A DNA stretch of 64,000 nucleotides from a virus. Lineage: Duplodnaviria > Caudoviricetes. Positions 36,942 through 46,773 of this stretch are shown in pieces. The notes beneath the pieces were generated by a model. That model was not told the origin of the DNA. It saw only the letters and a list, made by a program, of their open reading frames with translations, and did not search any database. The position numbers and the translations under genes are program-made. Location: IMG/VR virus record IMGVR_UViG_3300013902_000016, positions 401 through 64,400 of that record; one strand, 5' to 3'. How positions within the stretch are numbered: the stretch's first letter is position 1; each line of letters opens with the position of its first letter.

Positions 36942-37316
36942 ATGAATAGAGTACAACTGATTGGGCGATTAACAAAAGACCCGGAAATACGGTTTACGAA
37001 AACAGGAAAAGCAGTAGCGGCATTTGATATAGCTTGTAATCGTGGCAAAGACAAGAACGGTGAAAGCCTGGGGGCTGATTTTGTACCGTGCGTCGCCTGG
37101 GAAACACTGGCAGAACGCATTGGCGAACAGTGCTGCAAGGGAAAATTGGTATATGCAGAAGGTCGCTATACAACACGGTCGTATGAAGATAAAAACGGTC
37201 AAAAGCGATACAGAACAGAAATTATTTTAAGATTGTGCATGCCGATTCAGTCAGCCGATGCACGCAATAGCTTTGACAGCATGGGACAGCAGACAGATGA
37301 AGAAATCCCGTTTTAA
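36942..37316 (+). CDS. ssb: Single-stranded DNA-binding protein
   Basis: MNRVQLIGRLTKDPE...ADFVPCVAW; acidic EEIPF tail. Confidence 0.92.
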   Translation: MNRVQLIGRLTKDPEIRFTKTGKAVAAFDIACNRGKDKNGESLGADFVPCVAWETLAERIGEQCCKGKLVYAEGRYTTRSYEDKNGQKRYRTEIILRLCMPIQSADARNSFDSMGQQTDEEIPF

Positions 37317-37407
37317 CATCTATCTATAGCAAATAAGCCGATTTTGTCATAGATAGAAATTTAAAAATAGCAAAAACATTGTTTTGGCAAAGAAAGGACA
37401 ATGAAAG

Positions 37408-37656
37408 ATGAGAATAACCATAGATGTTGGTACTGATGAATATATCGTTAGTGCGGAATATAAAAATAAAAAGATTTCACAACGTTGGAAAAGAACAGAT
37501 AGCGGCGCAATTTGCAAAGATGAATATTGGAAAAATAAAGATTGGGAGGAGGTATTAGTCGACGAATTTAATTTTGATTACGACAACGCATACACGTTAT
37601 CAGAAATTCTCGAAGGATTTCCGTGTTTTATAGACGATGAATTTGGCGGAGATTAG
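37408..37656 (+). CDS. Hypothetical protein
   Basis: RBS aaagga; 82 aa. Confidence 0.45.
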   Translation: MRITIDVGTDEYIVSAEYKNKKISQRWKRTDSGAICKDEYWKNKDWEEVLVDEFNFDYDNAYTLSEILEGFPCFIDDEFGGD

Positions 37657-37769
37657 ACTATACGTCTGTATAGTCAAGCATCTAGAAGGAGACTAGGCTA
37701 TGAAATTCGGAAAATACGAAGCGGAACTGGTTTATATGTAAAATGAAACGACGGTTGACTAGATAAAAC

Positions 37770-37898
37770 TATATTTTGATTATCTTTTGAATATCTTTCG
37801 AAATTCGAAAATTATACGCAAGAAACTGCGAAAAAAGCTGATAACCAAGCGGATTAAAAGCATTGCACTATCTTTTGATTATCTTTTAATTATCTTTT
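37770..37898 (+). repeat. Two triads of TATCTTTT-like motifs at 11-bp period
   Basis: Copies at 37770/37781/37792 and 37869/37880/37891. Confidence 0.6.
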
Positions 37899-37914
37899 GG
37901 GGAAGGAGTGAATT

Positions 37915-38253
37915 ATGGCGATGTCTTTATTAGATGAAATTAGAGAAACTGACAGATTATTAAAAGAGGGCACTAAAAAATTAAAAAGTCTATATGGGAT
38001 GAATAAAAAATCGGATACAGAAAGGGAGATTTTTATGGTTACAAAAGAAGAAGCCCGACAGGCATTGAAGACCATCGCTCAATACTGCGATGAGGTCGAT
38101 TGCTGTAAGTGTGAAATCCAAGACGCATGCGAAGCAATAGAAGCGCAGCTACTGCCGTTTTGCCGACTTAGCGAAATTATAAATAAAGAAGAAAAAGAAA
38201 ACAGTAAATTAGCACGTGCCATGGCATCTCAGATTATGAACAGGAAGGATTAG
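37915..38253 (+). CDS. Hypothetical protein with Cys cluster
   Basis: RBS aaggag; YCDEVDCCKCEIQDAC. Confidence 0.5.
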   Translation: MAMSLLDEIRETDRLLKEGTKKLKSLYGMNKKSDTEREIFMVTKEEARQALKTIAQYCDEVDCCKCEIQDACEAIEAQLLPFCRLSEIINKEEKENSKLARAMASQIMNRKD

Positions 38254-38300
38254 TACAGAATCACTTGATGAGTTGATTTACGAACTAAGGAGTGAATTAA

Positions 38301-39185
38301 ATGGATAAATTTAAAGTCGGAGATAATATCGTTTATAAAAAATCTAATGGGGATAGACTTCACGGGATTGTTATTTGGATAGAAAAAGATTATGGTTATC
38401 CTTATTTATGTGCGTTCGATACTGCTGACCGTGGAATGGAACTGCTAAGTATGATGTGTGACCCGTTCATGGAAGATTCTGTTCGCGAAAAACTAGTTAA
38501 AACGTATGGTGTGAAATTTGTATGTTGGATGTCAGAAGACGAGATTGAGCTACAAAAAATACGAGAAAATAATATTCGAAAAGGAAAAAATGATAATGAA
38601 ATTTTCCGCGAACTTGTAAATACGTATTTAAAAAACGTAGATGGAGTAAACGATTTATACACTTGGTTAGAAGAACGAGATTTCTTTTCTGCTCCTGCTT
38701 CGACGAAATATCATGGGAATTTTAAAGGTGGATTATGTAGACACAGTATTAATGTGTGTAACAGTATTCTCTATTTGATAAAAAATAATCATTTCGATTT
38801 TATCAAAAATATAGATATTAAATCAGCTGTTTTAGTAGCACTTTTTCACGACATCTGTAAAGTTGATTATTATGTAGAAACAACCAGGAATGTAAAAAAT
38901 GAGATAACGGGAAAATGGGAAAAAATACCATATTACACTGTTAAAGACAAGTTCCCGGCAGGGCATGGCGAAAAGTCGGTTATGCTGGTTCAACGATATA
39001 TTAAATTAAATCCTGATGAAATTATGGCAATCAACTGGCACATGGGATTCTCTGATAATCGTGCTAAAGATTCGTCGGGTATGAGTCAGATTGGCCAAAC
39101 TTTTAAACAATATCCGTTAGCGTTTTTACTACATACCGCCGATATGATAGCTACTTATTATTTAGATGGAGGGAATAATAAATGA
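38301..39185 (+). CDS. HD-domain phosphohydrolase with extra N-terminal domain
   Basis: APASTKYH, HSINV, HDICK, GHGEKS, HMG, HTAD. Confidence 0.8.
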   Translation: MDKFKVGDNIVYKKSNGDRLHGIVIWIEKDYGYPYLCAFDTADRGMELLSMMCDPFMEDSVREKLVKTYGVKFVCWMSEDEIELQKIRENNIRKGKNDNEIFRELVNTYLKNVDGVNDLYTWLEERDFFSAPASTKYHGNFKGGLCRHSINVCNSILYLIKNNHFDFIKNIDIKSAVLVALFHDICKVDYYVETTRNVKNEITGKWEKIPYYTVKDKFPAGHGEKSVMLVQRYIKLNPDEIMAINWHMGFSDNRAKDSSGMSQIGQTFKQYPLAFLLHTADMIATYYLDGGNNK

Positions 39186-39323
39186 ACGGAATTGAAGTTA
39201 AAAACACTGGTCTTAGAGATACATATAGAGAAATGACATACCGAGTAGTCACTAATGATTGGGTAAATGAGATGAGCAATTGGAAGGAAAAATAGTACAG
39301 CGAGTATCCACAGAGCTTGGGTT

Positions 39324-39674
39324 TTGCGCAAAGGCACATATCTCTATGTTCCTAAAAGTGTGGCATGTACTCATTGTGGGGAGTATGTAAGATGTGTGCC
39401 AGAATGTATGTTAGAAAAGGAAAACAAAAATGCCAAGAGAGGTGCTAATAGTATGGTAGAAGCCAGACAAATAGAACAACAAAGAGAACTTGTTGAATTG
39501 GAAGCCAAAAATCTTTCAAATAATATTGCGAATGGATTAGTTTATAACTTTTCGGAATGTCCGAGAAATTGCACGAGAACAGCTTTACAGAACCAAATTG
39601 TGGTTTTGCGATATCATCTTGGGGAGTTAAAGAAGCTTATTGAAGATTGGAATCCTTACTCAGAAGATGACTAA
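39324..39674 (+). CDS. Hypothetical protein (start uncertain)
   Basis: ORF track only. Confidence 0.35.
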   Translation: MRKGTYLYVPKSVACTHCGEYVRCVPECMLEKENKNAKRGANSMVEARQIEQQRELVELEAKNLSNNIANGLVYNFSECPRNCTRTALQNQIVVLRYHLGELKKLIEDWNPYSEDD

Positions 39675-39799
39675 TGAATTCGGGAGGAATATGTACATGG
39701 AAGATTCAAAACTCAAAAAGAAAGAGTATAATCCTGCTCTTGGGGACGTAGTAAAAATTAAGCGAGATATATATTCCGATAGGGTCGATTACTGTATTA

Positions 39800-40042
39800 G
39801 TGGGATGCATTTTTTTACCGTTGCTATGCTACAGAGAAAAAGAAGCTCGGCAGATGGCTAATAAAATAATGAAAAAAGTGTTAATTGTCGCTATTATTTC
39901 TCTTGTGATAGCAATGGTTATTCCGTCTAAAAAAGACTTATTGACAATGCTTGCGCTGTCTTATATAACACCTGACAATGTGCAGTTAATTCAAGGGAAT
40001 ATAGCGGATTTTGTAAAACAGATAGCTCAAGCAGTTAAGTAA
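39800..40042 (+). CDS. Membrane protein, paralog of 1148-1471 (5' end uncertain)
   Basis: IPSKKDLLTM...ITPDNVQLIQGN. Confidence 0.5.
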   Translation: MGCIFLPLLCYREKEARQMANKIMKKVLIVAIISLVIAMVIPSKKDLLTMLALSYITPDNVQLIQGNIADFVKQIAQAVK

Positions 40043-40055
40043 AGGAGAGAATAAA

Positions 40056-41021
40056 ATGAAAGAAGAAATCGTAGATAAATACAGTATAGTTGATACACTG
40101 GACATGTGCATGGAAGAAGCCGGGGAACTGGTACATGCTTTAAATAAGTATAAAAGAGCGAGCGGCCTTGGATACAAAACTAAAACCAGTGAGAATGACG
40201 CTCTTCTGAGATTAACACAAGCAATTGCCGACGCACAGAATGCAATTAACAGCGTGATGTATGCAATTGGTATCAATGATGAAGAGATAAAAACGGAAAT
40301 CACTCGTGCTGATGAACGGCTGATGGAATTGTTAAAAATCAACGATGAAATCGAAAAAACAGCTGAAAAACAGGCAAAAAATGAATTTCATAGTGAAAAA
40401 TGCAGCATTAAAAATAATGACGCATATCCGGAAACGTACTGGATAGAAGAAGAAATAGGAGGGAAAACAATTATTAGAAAGCCCTTCATTCCAAAAAGTA
40501 CTAGAAGGCCCTTCATTCCATACAATGGTCAATTGTACTACTACGTGAATGCGGACAGAATAGTTAGCGCCACTTGTTTCCTTGGGTCAATCGAAGACAA
40601 ATTGAAGATAGCTATTGGAAATTGTTTTAAAACCAGTGAACAGGCGCAAGCGAATGCAGACATAATCATGAAACGGCTGAAAGACGATTGGAATGTGTGG
40701 GCTAGATTAGATGAATCACAGCCACGGTCCCCCCAACGAGAAAATTGCAGTAGTGAAAAACTCACTATAAAATCAAAACACGATGCCGTCAATCATCCAT
40801 CGCATTATTGCGTCGGCGGTATAGAATGCATTGATGTAATTAAGGCTACAATTAAAGGAATGAGTGGATTTGAAGCCTTTTGTCACGGCAATGCTATGAA
40901 ATATTTATTCCGATGGCAGTATAAAAACGGCGTGGAAGATTTAAAAAAAGCACGGTGGTACATTGATAAATTGATTGAGATATGGGATAGCCCTGTTAAT
41001 AAAAAAGAGGTGAGTAAATGA
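40056..41021 (+). CDS. MazG-like + DUF3310-like fusion protein
   Basis: N-terminal MCMEEAGELVHALNKYKR; C-terminal DAVNHPSHY...IECIDVI...GNAMKYLFR...EDLKKARWY. Confidence 0.65.
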   Translation: MKEEIVDKYSIVDTLDMCMEEAGELVHALNKYKRASGLGYKTKTSENDALLRLTQAIADAQNAINSVMYAIGINDEEIKTEITRADERLMELLKINDEIEKTAEKQAKNEFHSEKCSIKNNDAYPETYWIEEEIGGKTIIRKPFIPKSTRRPFIPYNGQLYYYVNADRIVSATCFLGSIEDKLKIAIGNCFKTSEQAQANADIIMKRLKDDWNVWARLDESQPRSPQRENCSSEKLTIKSKHDAVNHPSHYCVGGIECIDVIKATIKGMSGFEAFCHGNAMKYLFRWQYKNGVEDLKKARWYIDKLIEIWDSPVNKKEVSK

Positions 41022-41503
41022 ATTATAAATTTATCATACAAGGACGACCGATTACGAAAAAAAATAGTCAGATTCGCACAAAAACAGGCGTTATACAGTC
41101 TAAGCAATACAGAAAGTACGAATCTATAGCAATACCGGAATTAGTGGCACAGAAGAGCAAACAGGGGCTAAAAAAGCCTCTTGCTTGCCCGGTAATTATG
41201 TCATGCAGGTATCACATGCCAAATAAGCAAGGGTATCCCGATTTGATGGGGCTGATACAGGCGACGGCAGATATACTTGAAAAAGCTGGAGTACTTGAAA
41301 ATGACAGACTGGTCTCTATCATTGAAAACAGCTTTATAGATCAGATTAGCAAGGAAAATCCAAGGGCTGAAATAAAAATATCAGAAATAACGGATACAAG
41401 CTGGATACAGTACTACCAAGACCCGTACTGCATTAAGAAAATGCGAAATGGTGAGTACGAATATTTAAAAGAAAAGAGGGAAAAGCTAGATGTGTTTATT
41501 TGA
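41018..41503 (+). CDS. rusA: RusA Holliday junction resolvase
   Basis: GRPITKKN, PDLMGLIQATADIL, END, NPRAEIKI. Confidence 0.8.
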   Translation: MNYKFIIQGRPITKKNSQIRTKTGVIQSKQYRKYESIAIPELVAQKSKQGLKKPLACPVIMSCRYHMPNKQGYPDLMGLIQATADILEKAGVLENDRLVSIIENSFIDQISKENPRAEIKISEITDTSWIQYYQDPYCIKKMRNGEYEYLKEKREKLDVFI

Positions 41504-41675
41504 TAAATGTTTTTGCGGTAAAACGGATTGCTCACAAAGCGGAACGTGTGAAAAGTCTTTAAAATGGGCTAACAATTACGTGAAAAAACGGAATTTACAA
41601 GATATTCCTATTGCGAGCCGACCTAGTTATCCGTGCAGTAAATATGATGGTGTGAAATATAAAAATGCAGAATAG
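41490..41675 (+). CDS. Small Cys-rich protein
   Basis: DKCFC...C....C...C. Confidence 0.45.
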   Translation: MCLFDKCFCGKTDCSQSGTCEKSLKWANNYVKKRNLQDIPIASRPSYPCSKYDGVKYKNAE

Positions 41676-41685
41676 GTGATTAACC

Positions 41686-42066
41686 ATGAAAAATGTGTGC
41701 CGCATTTGTGGCGTAAAGTTTGAAACCAAATCTCACAATAGGAAAGTATGTAAAATTTGCGTAGATAAAATATATCCGAAAATTAAGACAATGAAAAAAT
41801 CTGAAACGTGTTTAATATGTGGGAAACCAATAGAAAATACGGGGAAAAGAGAAAGAAAATATTGCTCACGAAAATGCAGTGATGTTGGATTAACGATTAT
41901 CAGTATTCGTAAAAATGAAGAAAATAAGCGACGAAAATCAAGAAAAATAAGTGCCAAGCAATTAAAAAAAATCCGTGAAAAAAGAATGGATATGTTGGAA
42001 ATGGCAGCAAGAAAAAGCGGTATGGACTATGGCACATACACTGCTATGCTTAGAATGAATAGATAG
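41686..42066 (+). CDS. Zinc-finger protein
   Basis: CRICG..CKIC, CLICG..YCSRKC; C-terminal ARKSGMDYG. Confidence 0.6.
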   Translation: MKNVCRICGVKFETKSHNRKVCKICVDKIYPKIKTMKKSETCLICGKPIENTGKRERKYCSRKCSDVGLTIISIRKNEENKRRKSRKISAKQLKKIREKRMDMLEMAARKSGMDYGTYTAMLRMNR

Positions 42067-42076
42067 GAGAGATAGT

Positions 42077-42574
42077 ATGTTATTAAAATCTAATGTTGAA
42101 TTTATTAAAGCCCCGCGTTTTAATGTAACGTTGAAAGTTAAAAAAATGCTAACAGATTGCGTTGAAATGAAAGAAATTAAATTGCCATGGAACGAAAAAG
42201 GAAATGTTGGCATGGATTTTTACGCACCTCAAAAATATATTATCCAGCCGCATACTTTTGGGAATAAAATCCCAACGGGTATTGCTGTTGAATTGCCGGA
42301 AAACATCGGTATGCTGCTATTACCACGCAGCAGCTACGGAGTTAAAACGACACTGCGATTGTCCAATTCTGTCGGATTGATTGATACAAACTATCGAGGA
42401 GAAATTTGTGCACTCTTTGATAATTTAGGAGACGAACCTCAAATCATTGAGAAAGGCGAGCGATTCTGCCAAGGTGTTCTCATTCCGGCATATAAAATCA
42501 CGATGAAAGAAGTAAGTAATTTACAAGAAACACAGAGGGGAGATGGCGGTTTTGGAAGCACAGGAAGAAAATAA
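42077..42574 (+). CDS. dut: Trimeric dUTPase
   Basis: GMDF, PRSS, GLIDTNYRGE, QG, RGDGGFGSTG motifs I-V. Confidence 0.93.
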   Translation: MLLKSNVEFIKAPRFNVTLKVKKMLTDCVEMKEIKLPWNEKGNVGMDFYAPQKYIIQPHTFGNKIPTGIAVELPENIGMLLLPRSSYGVKTTLRLSNSVGLIDTNYRGEICALFDNLGDEPQIIEKGERFCQGVLIPAYKITMKEVSNLQETQRGDGGFGSTGRK

Positions 42575-42576
42575 AA

Positions 42577-42818
42577 TGAGTGTAGCAGATATTGTTGCTT
42601 TTGTTTCTATGATTTTCATGACGATAACAGCGACTTTCTTGTTATTCAACTATATCAATGGAGTATGCGTAATTATTGTTTTGATGTGGGTGCTGATGGC
42701 TTTCTCCATTTTGATGAGAAATTTCTTTTGGAAAGCGTCTTGGTTTGTCGTGTCAATGGGGAAAAAGCTTATTATTCACGGAGAAGCTGAAATAGAAAGG
42801 CTGAATAATGAGAGATGA
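42577..42818 (+). CDS. Membrane protein
   Basis: Two hydrophobic segments. Confidence 0.45.
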
Positions 42819-43023
42819 TAGCATAAATTGGTATGCGCCTGGGGAAGTTACAGTAAGCAAGCTGCCGCCAGAAGAAATTGAAGCATATCAAGAGAAAAAA
42901 AGGCAACAGCAAAAAGAAAAACAAAAAGAAGAGCTTGCTAAGAAAAAAATTATGAAACTCGATTTGTATGACTACGAAAATAAAAGGTCTAAACGCACTA
43001 TGAAAAGAATTAGAAGGTGGTAA
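42808..43023 (+). CDS. Hypothetical protein
   Basis: Basic; overlaps upstream stop. Confidence 0.45.
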   Translation: MRDDSINWYAPGEVTVSKLPPEEIEAYQEKKRQQQKEKQKEELAKKKIMKLDLYDYENKRSKRTMKRIRRW

Positions 43024-43026
43024 AAA

Positions 43027-43488
43027 ATGGAAATAAAAGGACATAGAACCAGTGTATCTGATAAGACAAAGCGATATTTCGAAAGAATGTTTTACAGAGA
43101 AAAACAAATTGAAAGAGCCGTGAATGAGATACGCAATGACAATGGCGGCGGTCATACAGGCGGCAGCAATGCACATGCTTTAGTATCCGATCCAACGGCA
43201 GTGCAAGGAATTAGAGCAGCGTCAGAAGTTAAGACAGTAGTATTAGACGATGGGATTGTAGTGCGCAAGCCGGAACGATGGCTGCGAATTATCAAGAATA
43301 CATACATTAAGACAGATGGCATTACTCGCATGATTCTCGAAAAACGATTCCGTGAATCCAAAAAAATGGATATAATCGCTGATGAAATCGGTATCAGCCA
43401 GCGGCGGGCTTATGAAATAAAGGACGATGTATTCGGCGGTTTTGTGCTAGCTGCGGCAGTGCAAGAAGGAATTGTAAAAGTGTATTAA
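43027..43488 (+). CDS. Late transcriptional activator (ArpU/RinA-like)
   Basis: SDPT motif and C-terminal HTH; last gene before the packaging module. Confidence 0.6.
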   Translation: MEIKGHRTSVSDKTKRYFERMFYREKQIERAVNEIRNDNGGGHTGGSNAHALVSDPTAVQGIRAASEVKTVVLDDGIVVRKPERWLRIIKNTYIKTDGITRMILEKRFRESKKMDIIADEIGISQRRAYEIKDDVFGGFVLAAAVQEGIVKVY

Positions 43489-43539
43489 AGTGTGTTAAAG
43501 TGCGTTAGCGTGTGTTAAAGTGTATTAAAGTGTGTTAAA
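43480..43539 (+). repeat. Six 10-bp tandem repeats GTGT(A/G)TTAAA
   Basis: gtgtattaaa gtgtgttaaa gtgcgttagc gtgtgttaaa gtgtattaaa gtgtgttaaa. Confidence 0.85.
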
Positions 43540-43544
43540 ACTAT

Positions 43545-43584
43545 AAAAAAGACGTACAGGAATTAACCTGTACGTCTTTTTTTT
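43545..43584. terminator. Bidirectional terminator
   Basis: aaaaaagacgtacagg/cctgtacgtctttttt. Confidence 0.75.
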
Positions 43585-43768
43585 ATCCTTTCTGCCGTGT
43601 GGCAAGTCTATTTAATTCGGCTACAATAAGCCGTTCTGCCCATTCGGGGCATTTTCTTTTTCCGCTTTCCCAATTTTCTATGGTACGGACTGGGATTCCC
43701 AGTGCTTCATGCAGTTGCGGGCGATTAAATCCTGCATGAATCCGTGCTTCTTTTATTTTACTGTTCAT
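43583..43768 (-). CDS. Small XRE HTH protein
   Basis: IKEARIHAG...GIPVRTIENWESGKRKCPEW. Confidence 0.75.
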   Translation of the reverse strand: MNSKIKEARIHAGFNRPQLHEALGIPVRTIENWESGKRKCPEWAERLIVAELNRLATRQKG

Positions 43769-43856
43769 TTTTTCTCTCTTCCCTTGAATATACCAATGAC
43801 GTAATACAAAAAATATATGACATAGATGAGATAAATAAGGAGAAATAGGATATAAA

Positions 43857-44000
43857 ATGAATTTAACGGAAAAAATGCTTGCAGCAGCACAAGAAAAAGC
43901 CCGTTACATGGGCATAAATGACAAAAAATACAAAGAAGCCAGTGAAAGATACTATGCTTTACTGGCTAAATGGCAGAAATATAAGGGGTGGAGAAAATAG
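43857..44000 (+). CDS. Small 47-aa protein (not in ORF track)
   Basis: MNLTEKMLAAAQEKARYMG...; AGGA upstream. Confidence 0.4.
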   Translation: MNLTEKMLAAAQEKARYMGINDKKYKEASERYYALLAKWQKYKGWRK

Positions 44001-44032
44001 CTGTTATTGCCGCAACAACGGCGGGTGTGATG

Positions 44033-44041
44033 TGATATAAT
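44033..44041 (+). promoter_or_regulatory. Extended -10 element, candidate late promoter
   Basis: TGaTATAAT without a consensus -35, upstream of the terS operon. Confidence 0.45.
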
Positions 44042-44136
44042 AATAGTGTAAGAAAATAAGAGTACCCAAACAAAATAACGTCCTGTGAAAAAAGTCACCT
44101 ATGCCTTGGGTGGCTTTTTTCGTGCGTAGAAAGTGA

Positions 44137-44478
44137 GTGAAAGCGTTGGTAAGCGTGACAGTACTTATAGATGACACATTAACAGCTGGCAGGAAAGACG
44201 ACACATGCGGAATTATTATAGATAATACGGCGTCTGACAGTCTGACAGAATCAGCAGTTGACGGCATTATTGATATGCTGAGATACGGATTAGCTATGTA
44301 TGCAGGCTTAGAGTACTATCACTCACGAGCTGGAAAGACTACGATAGTACTATCACGGGTCACTGATATATCCAATGCATTGATTGAGTCCGCTGTTAAA
44401 AGCATAAAGCTGGCTTGTAAAACGCACAGGAGCAAGCATAGGTTTAAGTTTACGGATAAAACAAATGTTCTTTTTTGA
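44137..44478 (+). CDS. Hypothetical protein
   Basis: GTG start; ORF track. Confidence 0.4.
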   Translation: MKALVSVTVLIDDTLTAGRKDDTCGIIIDNTASDSLTESAVDGIIDMLRYGLAMYAGLEYYHSRAGKTTIVLSRVTDISNALIESAVKSIKLACKTHRSKHRFKFTDKTNVLF

Positions 44479-44578
44479 TTAGAAATAAACAGCAGGCATA
44501 TTACATGCAAGGCTCAAATAAAATGGCTTAAAACGGCAAATATAATACAAAAAATATTTTAAAGGTGGGTGATTACTC

Positions 44579-45016
44579 ATGGGAAGACTGTCAATGGCTG
44601 AAAAATGGATAAAAGGTGATGGATTAATTAAAGTCCGTGGATGGGCTAGGGATGGGCTGACTAATGAGCAAATCGCACATAATATCGGAATAAACGTCAA
44701 AACACTGTATGATTGGCAAAATAAATATAGTGATTTCCGTAACGCCTTAAAAGATACTAAAGATGTAGTCGACAGACAGGTAGAAAACGCATTGTATAAG
44801 AGCGCATGCGGATTTGTTGGTGATGACGGTAAGTATTACCCGCCTAATACGACAGCGCAGATATTTTGGCTGAAGAATCGCAAGCGGCTTGAATGGCGTG
44901 ACAAGATAGAGCAGGAAATCACAGGGGCTGACGGTGGCGCAATTAAAGTACAAAGCATGACTGATGAGCAGATAGATAAACGTATCGCAGAGTTGAAAAG
45001 CAAGTTGAAAGAATAA
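44579..45016 (+). CDS. terS: Terminase small subunit
   Basis: WARDGLTNEQIA HTH, VENALYKSA.G, AQIFWLKNR; precedes terL. Confidence 0.85.
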   Translation: MGRLSMAEKWIKGDGLIKVRGWARDGLTNEQIAHNIGINVKTLYDWQNKYSDFRNALKDTKDVVDRQVENALYKSACGFVGDDGKYYPPNTTAQIFWLKNRKRLEWRDKIEQEITGADGGAIKVQSMTDEQIDKRIAELKSKLKE

Positions 45017-45054
45017 ATATGCAATAATGTATCGAAAAATGCGGGGCTGATAGC

Positions 45055-46575
45055 ATGAAGTCAACAAAAACAATGAATAAAACCGAAAAAGAGGAATTAA
45101 TTGCGTTGATGGAGTGGAAATTATGGCGTGAAAATCCGACGGCCTGGATACAAGATTGCTGCTATACAGTCAACGAAGCGAAGCACGGGGCGGTGGAAAA
45201 ATTTCCTGAGCTTGACTATCTTGCACGTGTAGATGAGATTATACAGCACGCCCAGGTAGCCGCATTCCCGAAAAGCCGTCGCATGATGATGACGTGGCGG
45301 TGCCTCGCTAACCTGCTATACTATGCAATGTTCGGCAAGAATCTATCGATATTCGTGCAGTCAAAGAAATATGATGATAGCGCATACCTGTTAGGCGATA
45401 GCCGCCTACTGTTTTTGTATGAGCATTTGCCGAAAAATCATGCATGGCCGCAAATTGAGCGCAAAACACGGTCTAAAATGGGCTATGATTACGTAAAATT
45501 CGACAATGGCGTCGAGTTCCGGGCAGTCGCAGAAGGTGCCGACCAGCTACGACAATATACAGCGTCTATCGTATACTGTACAGAAATGGCGTTCTGGGAT
45601 TTCGCCCAGGCGACATGGAATTCGCTACGCCCGACGATTGAAGGCGGCGGGAAAATCTTTATTGATTCGTCGGCGAATCCAGGATTCTTCTGTCAGCTAG
45701 TTACTGGACAGCTCAATGAGGATGAGCCGGAAGAAGAACAGGACGTGCACGACCCACTGATAGGCGTGCATGAATACAAGCGGAATGGCGTGCATGTAGC
45801 ACGCATACACTATACCGCTGACCCGTCGAAGCGGTCGGAAGAATGGAAAGAGCGTGAAAAGAAGGGCACGACAACGGAAGGTTGGGAGCGAGAATATGAA
45901 ATCAACTGGACAGTATCGGCGGAGCCAAAATACTATCCGGAATTTAATTACAATCTCAATGTAGCCCATGACCAGCTTAAACCGCTGGAAGGGCGGCCGC
46001 TGATACTTGGATTCGACTATGGATTAACACCGGCTACTGTCATAGCACAAACTACGGCTAAAGGGCAGCTGCTGATACTACGGGAGATACAATCATGGGA
46101 TTGCGGCATGCTAGCCCATGGGCGTGTCATATCAAGCGAGCTATCGACGTTTTACAGCGGATATGACTACACATGTATTGGCGACCCCGCCGGGAATCAG
46201 CGGGCCCAATCCGACGAAAGTACGGCTAATCAGATACTCTATAAAGAGTATGGGCTGTCGGTTGAGCCAGGTGAATTATCACAAACTGGCAGAAGCGAGG
46301 CTATCCGCTATTTCCTCACGACATTGACACCGGACGGGCAGCCGCTTTTGCTTTTAGACCCAAGGTGCCAGATGCTCATAGAAGCGTTTACAGGCGGGTA
46401 TCACAGAAAAGTTGTAGGTAATCGCACGCTTGACGAACCTGATAAAAACGAGTACTCACACTTAATGGACTGCCTAGCATATATATGCGCTAAGCTGTAC
46501 CGAGAAAAAGATATGAGTGCCAAGATTTGGAAAAAGCGTACCGCTGGCAAGATGCGAAAGTACGCTCATATGTAG
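45055..46575 (+). CDS. terL: Terminase large subunit
   Basis: KSRRMMMTW ATPase motif; nuclease GFDYG, GDPAG, SHLMDCLAY. Confidence 0.85.
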   Translation: MKSTKTMNKTEKEELIALMEWKLWRENPTAWIQDCCYTVNEAKHGAVEKFPELDYLARVDEIIQHAQVAAFPKSRRMMMTWRCLANLLYYAMFGKNLSIFVQSKKYDDSAYLLGDSRLLFLYEHLPKNHAWPQIERKTRSKMGYDYVKFDNGVEFRAVAEGADQLRQYTASIVYCTEMAFWDFAQATWNSLRPTIEGGGKIFIDSSANPGFFCQLVTGQLNEDEPEEEQDVHDPLIGVHEYKRNGVHVARIHYTADPSKRSEEWKEREKKGTTTEGWEREYEINWTVSAEPKYYPEFNYNLNVAHDQLKPLEGRPLILGFDYGLTPATVIAQTTAKGQLLILREIQSWDCGMLAHGRVISSELSTFYSGYDYTCIGDPAGNQRAQSDESTANQILYKEYGLSVEPGELSQTGRSEAIRYFLTTLTPDGQPLLLLDPRCQMLIEAFTGGYHRKVVGNRTLDEPDKNEYSHLMDCLAYICAKLYREKDMSAKIWKKRTAGKMRKYAHM

Positions 46576-46773
46576 ATAATAGGCACATTGGCTGGATTCT
46601 ATGATTTTTCCTCATATTGTATATATTCCGACGAGTACACAACATCCAGCCGTGCTTACTATACCAATGCTCGGTATTAGCATGAGTGCCGGGCAGACAC
46701 CTCCTTTCTTATATATATCAAAAACATGGGCAACGGTTCCGTATATCGGATGCGGTTTAACGTACCTGATCAT

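Noticed and set aside
39690-39800. Possible pseudogenised 5' part of the 39800 membrane gene
   Set aside because: In-frame TAG TAA upstream, but homology too weak to call by eye
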